A stretch of 64,000 nucleotides of DNA. Source: a virus. Below the pieces are notes generated by a model. It did no database searches, was not told where the DNA came from, and worked only from the letters and a program-made list of their open reading frames with translations. How positions within the stretch are numbered: position 1 is the first letter of the stretch; each line of letters begins with the position of its first letter. Location: the IMG/VR virus record IMGVR_UViG_3300021356_000002. One strand, written 5' to 3'. A program made the position numbers and the translations under genes. This document shows positions 19,401-28,164 of the stretch, in pieces.

Positions 19401-21964
19401 CTTTCAGGATCCAAAGATGCTGAGTAGTCTGGATTGTTGGTATCTGCTCCCGTTTGATCGTTATTATCATCGCAAAGATTACCACATTCCGTTCTTGCAT
19501 TGCCAGCACTGTCGAGCGCGGCAAACAGTTTTTGTTCAAGCTCGAGGAGACTGAGTTCTGTGTATTCTTGCAGATCATCTATCTTCGCTTCGAGTTTGGC
19601 AATATCTGCCATCGTATAACGTCGATGCTCGATTGGTGTGATTCGACAATCATCAAAGCCATGCATGTTGCCGTTGACCAAAACCTTTGCAAGTTCTAAC
19701 GTATTGTCTGGCGTTGGCTTGTACTGCGGATTGCCTGCAGGCTGACCCATCAGTACTTGAACTTCACCCTCTTGCGTCAGAAGAATTTTGTCTGCTCGTG
19801 GCAGCCAGTAACTGACTGTGGCTGTTACACTTGATCCGTTTCGTGGCAAATCAAACGTACTAAAGGGTGATCCTTCGTCAGGTCTAAAATCAAGATAGTT
19901 CTTAGGATTAATTACGGTACCGTCTTGTTGAATCTGATCTAAAGTACCACCAAAATTATTGCCTAAGACAAGAGATTCTGGATACGAAGTTGCATCAAAG
20001 AAGTCGCCGCCAGCACCACGCGCATAATAGTCATAATAAACATTTAATGTTGTGGGAACACTATCATAATCGCTATTTAAGATTAATCTACTTTTAGCAT
20101 AATAGTTGTCACGTACGCCACAATCTAATCTAACGTCACCAGTCATATCACGACCGTTAATGTTATTGACGTTTACTTCGCGAACTTCGTTGACATCAAC
20201 GTAAGGAAACTCGTAGTAATACTGCCTAGCCGCTGAATCGTATGCTACAGTCAGCTTGCCGTTGTTAACTGTGGTTAACGTTTTGGATTTTCTCGTAGCA
20301 GTTTTCTGAACATAGCAGAGAACTTCGTAAGTGCTGGATGGAGTTAGACCCGAAATTGTAACGTCACGTCCACTGTTAGTGGGCGTTCCGACTGTATGTG
20401 CTTCAGCAGAGGCTGAACTTGTTGATACGACCCAAAGAGTAGTGTCTGTATATGATGAGCCAGTCGGAAGTGTAGCAAGAGTAATTTCTCCGCTACCGTT
20501 TGCTACGAGTCCGCTTTGATGTTGCTGTATCGTAATTGTAATATCAGAGAACGACTCGGGTCGAGGACGTGACAGAGGGAACAACAGATTATTATTATCA
20601 ACTGTTCCGTTAAGAGTCGCACCTTGAGTGCCTTGCGTTATATTGAAAACATCAGACGAGCCAGAGCCGATACTTTTAATGCTTCTTAGTGAGCTGGCTG
20701 AATCGACGCGAACATCATACACATAGACACGATAATTTGCACCATCTTCTTCGACAGCACGAATTCTTGCAGTGCCTAACGAAGATCCACCAGCCTGAAA
20801 ATCGTCATATAGATTGACTTGTGCATGATCCAGATCAGGTAGACCACGATTACTGTCTGCTAAGAAGTAATTACCATAACTGATCGGAATGACATCATTA
20901 TCGACAGTCTCAGTTACTAGTGGCTTAGGAACACTCAAACGAGTAGCAGTTGCTCTTTCGACACGATAACCATTGACATATGCCATACCTGGTGATACAA
21001 TCACATCGAAATTAGAATCCCTTGCACTGAAAGTTCTTTCGTCTACACTTACTCTGAATGGATCGACGATGTAGTTACCAGACTCTTCGAACGTTCTTTG
21101 TGCAATTAGATCGTTGATCGTGTTGTATGCATCAATCTCTTTGACTTGCTCAACGATCTTTGAATTTTCGATATTAGCCACAAACACGAATGTGTCATTA
21201 GCAGTTACTTTACTCAATTCGGTAAGTTGCAGATTGATTCTAAGACGATCAGCACCAGGTGAAGCCGTGTTAACAATACCATTTGCGTTGTCGAACAAAG
21301 AAGTGTCATCATTGACAGTGACAACTTCTTGAACAACCTTAAATCCTACAGTCGTAGTCGCAGAGGCTGTATATGGAGACAGAATAATAGACTGTTCAGT
21401 TGTGTGAACAAAGTGACCTAAAACAAAGAAGTCTCCTTCGCCCAAAGTAAATCTAACGCCCTTACCAGTCGCATTAGGAGTTTCAGTAGTAATCTGATAA
21501 CCACCACCAGACTGATCAAACAAAACTACTCCATCATCAAACTTCTCATTTGCACCCGCGCCAGAATTTACATACTGGACATAAAGAGTATCAAGAACAA
21601 AACCTTCATCAACGTTTCTAGGCTTTAAGTCGATTACTTTCGCTTCAACACCTGTGTTGGTGTCTTTGAATATGGTACCAATAGGAATATCAGTAAACGC
21701 ACCGCCAGCATTTACAGCCGAGACTTTGATATAGTCAATACTTGCATCAACAGCCATGCCTCCAGTATTGACCGCGGCACCTTCTTTGAAAACGTTTTTA
21801 CCAAATCTAGCAAGTTCTTGAAAGATGATTGTCTGTAGTTGCGTCAACTCTCGCGCTTGTAGAGCGCGTCCGTTGTTAAAGAGGACTTGATGAAAATTGT
21901 TATCCTCATTAAAATCATCTGAATAAATGCCAGATAGCGTATTGGATGTGAATTCTGTTGCCAT
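16496..21964 (-). CDS. Large baseplate-associated structural protein (VrlC/DUF4815-like)
   Basis: Y.DDF..D.NFHQVLF..GRALQARELTQLQ, PGADRL, RTFEESGNYIV, RRYTM.DI.KLE, PMAQTF motifs. Confidence 0.85.
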   Translation of the reverse strand: MATEFTSNTLSGIYSDDFNEDNNFHQVLFNNGRALQARELTQLQTIIFQELARFGKNVFKEGAAVNTGGMAVDASIDYIKVSAVNAGGAFTDIPIGTIFKDTNTGVEAKVIDLKPRNVDEGFVLDTLYVQYVNSGAGANEKFDDGVVLFDQSGGGYQITTETPNATGKGVRFTLGEGDFFVLGHFVHTTEQSIILSPYTASATTTVGFKVVQEVVTVNDDTSLFDNANGIVNTASPGADRLRINLQLTELSKVTANDTFVFVANIENSKIVEQVKEIDAYNTINDLIAQRTFEESGNYIVDPFRVSVDERTFSARDSNFDVIVSPGMAYVNGYRVERATATRLSVPKPLVTETVDNDVIPISYGNYFLADSNRGLPDLDHAQVNLYDDFQAGGSSLGTARIRAVEEDGANYRVYVYDVRVDSASSLRSIKSIGSGSSDVFNITQGTQGATLNGTVDNNNLLFPLSRPRPESFSDITITIQQHQSGLVANGSGEITLATLPTGSSYTDTTLWVVSTSSASAEAHTVGTPTNSGRDVTISGLTPSSTYEVLCYVQKTATRKSKTLTTVNNGKLTVAYDSAARQYYYEFPYVDVNEVREVNVNNINGRDMTGDVRLDCGVRDNYYAKSRLILNSDYDSVPTTLNVYYDYYARGAGGDFFDATSYPESLVLGNNFGGTLDQIQQDGTVINPKNYLDFRPDEGSPFSTFDLPRNGSSVTATVSYWLPRADKILLTQEGEVQVLMGQPAGNPQYKPTPDNTLELAKVLVNGNMHGFDDCRITPIEHRRYTMADIAKLEAKIDDLQEYTELSLLELEQKLFAALDSAGNARTECGNLCDDNNDQTGADTNNPDYSASLDPESKLIRPMFDENNIRLVVDNTQSSGIVKKGDNVYLTHDSEAWAVQDLASTSVKINPFGLVDNVGTLKLSPTSDEWKDPARADRAVPGQGRLDRRQAYLWNNWVWNWAGRSAEDLEQWNPYYERETSIIGIRRRRLVELRERYFSGRSSFTRFGGRFVSRVVPSETLRQAVGNRIIDVALIPWLRSRKIFFHAKGLKPNTKHYAFFDGDNMASFVREEPAFLRWSDRTDQTDPQDPYWQTEHPDGSTDLISDANGEIIGSLWIPNTARRWNTRATDRETQANSPNICFKTGIREFKLLDTSRNDWGNADSKCFAYYAAVGAIWHHWHNMITSRPWGYWWPLSYWVHWAQIYSPKELRDTLDQIRSSAVNLVDPRFSGLYGPATAALSGAALTGLDANGQMSQILSDYIDVDQNQFAGTETNVLTAPQNPMAQTFFVDNQFGVTLTSLQLYFRAKDAGNLPVQIHLRPVINGKPAHNEIVPDSQVVLKASDVQVVGTDPVLSVIQARPTTFTFDEPVYLKPWTSYAIVVTSQSTEYELFSSKTLLPVFGSTSRITSTQNAPGSLYLPQNGLSWIEAKDQDLMYKLNRAKFDLGGGSLILKNVPLPPKLIGEVDPTKEANKPNIQTFAGSRKIYIHHANHGLEPGDLCRLDSVATSGIGPGGFADRIDGSGVFTSSSDIISYIEGAHTVDSADVNGYSFTYDAAHPVETSSGLGSSHWTLSRRNAIFNTAMPTVETVVPNFTSIDAGAKWTEGKMLSSTRITKAQRWTQDADYSRITLMQNIDFDTPKAIYNLAAEEANLGAGVASVYVKLDMKTANDYVSPIVDMQRASITLAGFKLDDPSVTPAILPVDETSPTSGTTGSKHITTPVFLDLDAVGIEVRGLVNIPNDADIQMYFRTAGGDENINDKYWIYQEPVDNIPFDNSQVYRDAQWLPGGLGGDLKPFQQAQFKFVFIGGDRAPSIKNLRYRYLAV

Positions 21965-21967
21965 TTT

Positions 21968-23344
21968 TTATCCTAATTGAATAACTATTCTAATGTCTTC
22001 GGTTTGATCTGCTTCACGAGTAATTGCTTCATCGAGTGTATTTATGTATAAAATCTCACCTGAATATGCATCAATGTCGGGATCAACAACACCTGTAATC
22101 GTTGCTGTACCGCCCTGTTCGTTAACTAATGCCATTCCAGCAACAAAGGTGCCGTTTTCGGATTGCGGGCTTTCAAATCCTGTTTCAACGTCTTGATAAT
22201 AGTAAAGAGTGTTTGTATCAAGATAAAGAATCTTGCCTGTGATTGTTGCTTGTGCATTAGTGAAAGTGTCGCCTTCTATCCATACACCTGTAACACCATC
22301 TACCGTCAGTACTTTAGAGGCTTGTCCTGTATTTCCATTGTAAGCAGAATCAGTGCCGTATCGTGTCAATCCCTTAATAATTCCCACTTGATGAAATTCA
22401 GTGTCGTTGGCTACGATAGTGCCCTCTTCGCGACCTATGAAATCTGTTTGTAGCATGAGTTCTCGACACTTAAGATCGCTGATTGGATCAGCACCGAGTC
22501 CTATTCGTGGTGCGATTACTGGTCTGAGAGATGCACCAGAACCACCGCCTGGATCTGTAACTGTAATAGACGCATAATCATAATCTGCGCCGTGCAAGAA
22601 TCCACCAAGTCCGTTTGAATCACATCTTACATTTACGATTCTATTATCGAAAATGTCTGCTATAAATCGAGCACCTGCTCCATTACCTGTGAACGTAAGT
22701 GTAGGGTTCGTATAATTGTCGCCACCACTGTCAATGATAACGCCTAGAATCTGTCCACCAATAGCACTATCTTGCAAATTCAGTTGTTGAATCTCTTCGG
22801 GAATTGTAGTCGTTCTGTCAACTATCTGTTTGATTGGAGCGTATTGTCTAGTTTGAAAACTACCAGCCGCAAAGTTACTGATTGTGTACATGAAGCGCCA
22901 AAGATAGCCATCGTTCGTTCTAAAAGACTTTGCTTGATTTTTTGCTTGAAAAGAATTAGGCTCAGTAAATGCAGGCTGAATACTGCCATCATCCAAACGA
23001 CCCTGCTCAAGGCACAAAAAGACTTCACGGGCACTGTTAATTACGTAGAAATTTGTTTGAAAAGGATCGTTGTTGTCGTAAGGCTCGTATATCTGACCGC
23101 TTTCCCAATTGACAACCGAAATCACATACGATGCATTACTCATAATTTTAACTGATTGCAAAGTATGTCTAAACTTATCTTGATTAAATTTTGAGCCTAC
23201 GATAGCCTCAGTAATCCCATCAGCGTCGGTAATGGGATCTGATCTGGCAATTCCTATATGATAAGGCGGAGAAGAACTATCAACATCTGCTTTAAACAGA
23301 GTCAATAGATGCTCTCTCATACTGTTAGTTGCGGATGCTGGCAT
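21968..23344 (-). CDS. gp8: Baseplate wedge subunit gp8
   Basis: FYVINS..VFLCL, DGYLWRFMYT, YSGEILY, ITREADQTEDIRIVIQL. Confidence 0.85.
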   Translation of the reverse strand: MPASATNSMREHLLTLFKADVDSSSPPYHIGIARSDPITDADGITEAIVGSKFNQDKFRHTLQSVKIMSNASYVISVVNWESGQIYEPYDNNDPFQTNFYVINSAREVFLCLEQGRLDDGSIQPAFTEPNSFQAKNQAKSFRTNDGYLWRFMYTISNFAAGSFQTRQYAPIKQIVDRTTTIPEEIQQLNLQDSAIGGQILGVIIDSGGDNYTNPTLTFTGNGAGARFIADIFDNRIVNVRCDSNGLGGFLHGADYDYASITVTDPGGGSGASLRPVIAPRIGLGADPISDLKCRELMLQTDFIGREEGTIVANDTEFHQVGIIKGLTRYGTDSAYNGNTGQASKVLTVDGVTGVWIEGDTFTNAQATITGKILYLDTNTLYYYQDVETGFESPQSENGTFVAGMALVNEQGGTATITGVVDPDIDAYSGEILYINTLDEAITREADQTEDIRIVIQLG

Positions 23345-23368
23345 AAGTAATTCTCTTTAACGATGTTC

Positions 23369-23376
23369 TATTTATA
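23369..23376 (-). promoter_or_regulatory. T4-type late promoter TATAAATA
   Basis: Exact match ~25 nt upstream of the gp8 ATG, overlapping the gp6 stop. Confidence 0.8.
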
Positions 23377-25156
23377 ACGTATCTGTAATAACTGCACGTG
23401 CACGTGATGCTTGATTGTCATAACGAACGATATTGTTTCGTAGAGGACTAATTACTGACGGATTAGCTGGCGTTGCGACAACCCTAATGTATGCACCATT
23501 CAAAATCGTGCCAGTAAAATTAAGTAATGTAATAGTTCCATTCACAGCATCATATGTGCCGGCATTATCGATCAAAGGATTGCCAGATGCAATCTCAATG
23601 ATTTCTATAATGTTTGTGTCTAGCCTATTTTTTAAGACACACGGTTTACTTTGAAAGTTGAAAGGATCCGATTCTACAATGAAATTGTCATCGTCTGGAG
23701 CAGAAATGGCAGCCGCAAAGAAAATAGTTTGTGACGGCGAGCCATCGGGCACAAATCTCTTCTGCATTTTAATGTCCGCTCTACTAGACAATATCGCATC
23801 ATCTGTTGCGTCAATTTCAGTCAACATATTTGAACGACGGAAAGCCTGATTGAATCCACCTGTGCTTGTGTCGAAATAACTCTGCATAGCCGCCAAAACT
23901 GAATTTTCTACTGTTGTTGTATCAAGTGATGTCAACTGTGGATTAAACTGAAATGTCGTAGTAACTTCAAGAAACGTTTCGACAGGATCTGTAAATTGAA
24001 CATCAAACGATGCAATCGACAAATCGTCAGCAAGCGCAGTGATGTCACTTTTCGTGTTCTCAATTACTACGGCATCATCTGTGCTAAAGACGATTGACAG
24101 ATATACAGAGCCATAGTCAGCAGGTATATTATCTTCACCACCCCACGCTTTAATGTCACTCACCACATTAGAAAAGTTTCGTTTAACAAGTGCGGCGTAG
24201 TCTTGTGCTGTTACCATTCGATTCTGGGCTGCCCACTGAAATGGCGCGTTCTTTCGAATAGACTCGATCTCTTCTTTAAATGAACCACTTGAAGAAACAG
24301 AGACAGTAGTAACACTCAACGTCTTGCCGTCGATAGTTGTTGTGGGAACAAATGTTTTACCACCATTGGCTTCTGGTCCAGCAACAGCAGAGTAGATGAC
24401 TTCAATCTTGTCACCCGCTTGAGGGAATCGACCAAGTCGAACGCCATTACCAAATGTCAGTTCGTAATAGCCGTTAGGCGATTCTTTCATAACATAAATT
24501 CGTGACGTTTCGTCAATTGTGGTTGTGTCAAAAATATTAATGTATTGATCATATCGATTAGATGTGATACTATCGTATACACGCACAACTACAGTATCGA
24601 GATCGAGATTTTTCACGGGAAGAACGTATGTGTCATTTTCGCTCGATGGACCTGCAATGAAAGTTTTGCGCTTAGTCACTCCTTCATAAATCGGAACGTT
24701 TCGATTGCCATTCAGAGTAAACTGATAAACGCCTGTGCCGTCTGCTAAAGCAGTTAATGCATCTCGCGTCTGAAACGTGTAACTTTTACTGTTGATAGTA
24801 GTAGTGAATTTTGTGCCAGACGGAATAGTCATTGAGGATGGATTGTCGTTGTTTGTGACTTGCAAATTGACCACAGCAAACGAAGCCTTTCTTGATCCTA
24901 CGCTATAGCCTAGACCGCCAGCAAGACCTACGAGAGACGATCTAAGTTGCGCAGAACTTAAAAACGATTCGTTCAAAGCAAAGTTAGCCATTAACGCATT
25001 GTAGTGCGTATTGTAAGCGAGAACATCAAGCAGATTTGAAAGACCAGACGCTTCGAAGTTATAGTCGGCAAACTCCGGTTTCTGTGCCAAAAACAATTTC
25101 AAATTGTTCTTGATCGTGTTAAAATCTAGTTCTGTTGACTTAATGGTAGTCGCCAT
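23372..25156 (-). CDS. gp6: Baseplate wedge subunit gp6
   Basis: LDFNTIKNNLK..L, DYNFEASGLSNLLDVLAYNTHY, AQNRMVTAQDY, AWGGED. Confidence 0.95.
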   Translation of the reverse strand: MATTIKSTELDFNTIKNNLKLFLAQKPEFADYNFEASGLSNLLDVLAYNTHYNALMANFALNESFLSSAQLRSSLVGLAGGLGYSVGSRKASFAVVNLQVTNNDNPSSMTIPSGTKFTTTINSKSYTFQTRDALTALADGTGVYQFTLNGNRNVPIYEGVTKRKTFIAGPSSENDTYVLPVKNLDLDTVVVRVYDSITSNRYDQYINIFDTTTIDETSRIYVMKESPNGYYELTFGNGVRLGRFPQAGDKIEVIYSAVAGPEANGGKTFVPTTTIDGKTLSVTTVSVSSSGSFKEEIESIRKNAPFQWAAQNRMVTAQDYAALVKRNFSNVVSDIKAWGGEDNIPADYGSVYLSIVFSTDDAVVIENTKSDITALADDLSIASFDVQFTDPVETFLEVTTTFQFNPQLTSLDTTTVENSVLAAMQSYFDTSTGGFNQAFRRSNMLTEIDATDDAILSSRADIKMQKRFVPDGSPSQTIFFAAAISAPDDDNFIVESDPFNFQSKPCVLKNRLDTNIIEIIEIASGNPLIDNAGTYDAVNGTITLLNFTGTILNGAYIRVVATPANPSVISPLRNNIVRYDNQASRARAVITDTL

Positions 25157-25168
25157 TTTTTACTCCGA

Positions 25169-25930
25169 TTAATCGATAACTTGTTCTGGTAGCAAGAAGT
25201 CTTCGCCGTTCTGTAGTGATATCTGATCACCATCTGGCACTGTAAGAATACCCTCAAGAAGATCAGAATCAATAAGCAGTACGCCTTCAATAAAGCCATT
25301 GAACAATGCGAAGATCATATCTGAATCTGGATCTGTCAGCAGTGCATCAACAGGCGGTATTACCAGATCACGTTTGACCAAATCACCACGATATGTGGCA
25401 AGACGATCATCATTCTCTGCACGAATAATATCATTGTAGATAATAAACGGCTCGGTTGTAATCGGCAGTGAAGGAATTTCAGTTGGCGCAGATGGATTAA
25501 GAGAAACTTTTAGTGTTTCAACTAATCCAGTAGCGACTACTCTAAACTCAACCACCACCGATACATTATTGTAATCTGGTGTTGCTACAACTTTAACATT
25601 TAATACTTTAGCCCTAGGCTCGTAACGCTGAATTGCTTTCTTTATTTTGCCGATGATCTCTTCACCGGTGTCTTCATCCATCAACTCAAATAGAAGACCA
25701 CCAAGATCAGCGCCATAATTTGGACGATACGGCTTTTCGAATCTGTTCGTCATCAACAGATTCTTAACAGCCTGTTTTACAGAAGCCGCATCAGTCTTTT
25801 TAAAAACATCTCCGTCAGAAGTTGGCGTTCTGGCATTTAAAGACAAGTCAATATCCGAGTAGTCACGCTCTTTTACAACGCGAATGCTCGTTTCTAGATT
25901 GCCGTCTTCTGTAGAGAATTTTTTAGCCAT
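25169..25930 (-). CDS. gp25: Baseplate wedge subunit gp25 with ~110-aa acidic C-terminal extension
   Basis: YSDIDLS, SVKQAVKNLLMTNRFEKPYRPNYG, IQRYEPR. Confidence 0.9.
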   Translation of the reverse strand: MAKKFSTEDGNLETSIRVVKERDYSDIDLSLNARTPTSDGDVFKKTDAASVKQAVKNLLMTNRFEKPYRPNYGADLGGLLFELMDEDTGEEIIGKIKKAIQRYEPRAKVLNVKVVATPDYNNVSVVVEFRVVATGLVETLKVSLNPSAPTEIPSLPITTEPFIIYNDIIRAENDDRLATYRGDLVKRDLVIPPVDALLTDPDSDMIFALFNGFIEGVLLIDSDLLEGILTVPDGDQISLQNGEDFLLPEQVID

Positions 25931-25955
25931 TGTAAACCTAAAAAGCTTTTTCGTT

Positions 25956-25963
25956 TATTTATA
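25956..25963 (-). promoter_or_regulatory. T4-type late promoter TATAAATA
   Basis: Exact match ~26 nt upstream of the gp25 ATG. Confidence 0.85.
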
Positions 25964-26701
25964 TCAATCGTCAGGAAGAATTTCTAGCAGTTCGTTTTTA
26001 GTCTGAAGTTCGCCGTTATATGTTGTCTCTACGTTGTACGAGTACGAAACGTCATAACTCGATGGCACCTCAGGCATTTCTAAAACTATTTGGCACGTTA
26101 AGTCACCATTTGGATCGTATGTGTCGTAATCCAGGGTTAATTTGTCGTAATCGATGTAATCTTTCCAAAACACCGCTAGATCAAATGTCTTGCGTGGATC
26201 AGTCTTGCCATTCTTATCAATTAACTGATACACAATTGCTCGACCCTCTCTGCGCAAATCGTTTACGCTACCACCGCTGGGTCGTTCACCAACATACAAA
26301 GGAATACGTGCAATCCATCCTTCGGGTCCTTTACCAAAAGAACCGCCATCGTTTTCACGTGCAAGTTTCTTTGCCTGATCTTTTGATCCAGCTGGTATTT
26401 CTTGAATCTCAAATTTTGGATTTGGCTCGTAGATACCTTCAGACACAATTAGTCGATGCTGTCCGAACGTCATATTGCCAATCACCGTCTTCATTGCATT
26501 TGCGTGTAACACAAGATTACGTGCAATCTGTTTTAGATCGGGCGCTCCAAAAAAGCCTTTTGCATACAGCTTTTCAAACTGTGTACGTGAGCCACGCGCA
26601 CCCAGAAACTTTGCGCACGTGATGCCTGGACCTAGTTTAGTCGATGACGTAATCTGACTTTCAAACTCAGGATTATATTGTGGATCAACTAATATCTTCA
26701 T
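25964..26701 (-). CDS. Baseplate-region protein, possibly a degenerate peptidase M15-like fold
   Basis: IARNL...IVSEGIY...S.ND..REGRAIVY echoes the M15 layout without the metal ligands; lies between gp5C and gp25. Confidence 0.4.
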   Translation of the reverse strand: MKILVDPQYNPEFESQITSSTKLGPGITCAKFLGARGSRTQFEKLYAKGFFGAPDLKQIARNLVLHANAMKTVIGNMTFGQHRLIVSEGIYEPNPKFEIQEIPAGSKDQAKKLARENDGGSFGKGPEGWIARIPLYVGERPSGGSVNDLRREGRAIVYQLIDKNGKTDPRKTFDLAVFWKDYIDYDKLTLDYDTYDPNGDLTCQIVLEMPEVPSSYDVSYSYNVETTYNGELQTKNELLEILPDD

Positions 26702-28164
26702 TACTTATTCACTCGGAATCGTTTGCTTCTGTTTTCAGCAGGATTGTTGCCTATCAAGTTAGTACCAAATCGAATCGTGCCCTGCTTCGAAGCAGATCGA
26801 CCAATGTTCTTTGGTATGTTCTTCTTAAAGTCTTTATTGAGTTTACCCTGTGACACAAGATAACTCGTAAACTTACCGTTATTGAAATGTTGCGGATCAC
26901 GCAACTTAGAACGTACTTCAGAGATCGTTGGATCAAAGTTAAATAGTTCTTCATAATCGTCTGACTTGAGAATCTTGTCTTTTAATTTGGGATCTACTAC
27001 TACGTTACGAACACCATAATTGCTCGATGCCAACTGCATTTCTACTACCGCTGGATTAGGAATAGGTGCAGTAGCGGGCAAAGGAATGTACGGCATAATC
27101 CCCGGCTTGGGCGGCACAGGAATTGGAGGCTTTCCAGCGCCAAGTTTAATCGCTTTCAATGCTGTAGCGGCAGCACCTGCACTCTTTGAAAAACCAGCTT
27201 GTGATGCAAACATTGCATAGTCAGCGTGAAATGCTTCAGTCGCACGACCGACAAGTGAGCCATAAAACGTAGCCAACTGTGTGATGCCTGCAGGAAAACC
27301 ACCGTACGTCTTGCCGTAGTGATCAAGCAGAGGTCCACCAATCGTGCCTTTGTGACCAATCATACTTACGTGACGTGCAGTAATGTTTGCTGTAGAAGAT
27401 GCGGCTACCCACTCATTTACAGCAGTTGTGATAAGATTTTCTCCTGCTAGTATTTCAGTTGTGCCCTGAGTAAACTGATTGAGATCGCCTCCTGTAATAA
27501 GATTCTGATCACCAAGCACTGTAGACGTAGCCATCTCTACAACCTGTTCGCTTCGTGAACCACGTATTGTGTAGTTCTGATCGCGATTGACTACTTTTGT
27601 GTGTCTTCCTTTGATGTCTTCTTTCTTGTCTCCGGCAACATTGAGATTGTAATTACCAGCAACATCCACATTGAAATCACCGTCGATACGTAGATTAACA
27701 TTACCTTTGTAAACAAGTGTTCCTTCTCCCTCGACGATAGTGGTTGCGTCTCCCTGAGATACTTCTACTCGCTGAGACTTAGATGATATGACAACAGAAC
27801 CGTCAGCCCGCATTTCGATGCCAGCACCGGTACGATGCTTGAACAATACGCGCTCACCACCAGGAGTGTCATCGATTTCGATAACGTGACCAGATGGCGT
27901 TTCTTGCACTTGATTGTATGGGTATTGTGACGGCTTCTGGTCAGGCACGTCAAGTGCGACTCCAAAGTCTCCACCACCCAAATCGAGATTGTTGATTCTT
28001 TCGCCCGTTGCGGCTTTGTTTACACTAGTACCGAAAAAGTAATCGCGATTAGGATACTCACCAGACGCATCAGCGAAGCCTTCGTTAGGAACGCCAACAG
28101 TTTCTTCTTGACCTTCGCCAAGTTCATTGATTCTGCCTTGAAGATCGTCTAACTTATTCGTCAT
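26701..28164 (-). CDS. gp5: gp5 C-terminal part (baseplate hub/spike beta-helix)
   Basis: GFADASGEYP, SQYPYNQVQETPSGHVIEIDDTPGGER...HRTG, then V.GD/GN beta-helix repeats. Confidence 0.85.
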   Translation of the reverse strand: MTNKLDDLQGRINELGEGQEETVGVPNEGFADASGEYPNRDYFFGTSVNKAATGERINNLDLGGGDFGVALDVPDQKPSQYPYNQVQETPSGHVIEIDDTPGGERVLFKHRTGAGIEMRADGSVVISSKSQRVEVSQGDATTIVEGEGTLVYKGNVNLRIDGDFNVDVAGNYNLNVAGDKKEDIKGRHTKVVNRDQNYTIRGSRSEQVVEMATSTVLGDQNLITGGDLNQFTQGTTEILAGENLITTAVNEWVAASSTANITARHVSMIGHKGTIGGPLLDHYGKTYGGFPAGITQLATFYGSLVGRATEAFHADYAMFASQAGFSKSAGAAATALKAIKLGAGKPPIPVPPKPGIMPYIPLPATAPIPNPAVVEMQLASSNYGVRNVVVDPKLKDKILKSDDYEELFNFDPTISEVRSKLRDPQHFNNGKFTSYLVSQGKLNKDFKKNIPKNIGRSASKQGTIRFGTNLIGNNPAENRSKRFRVNK

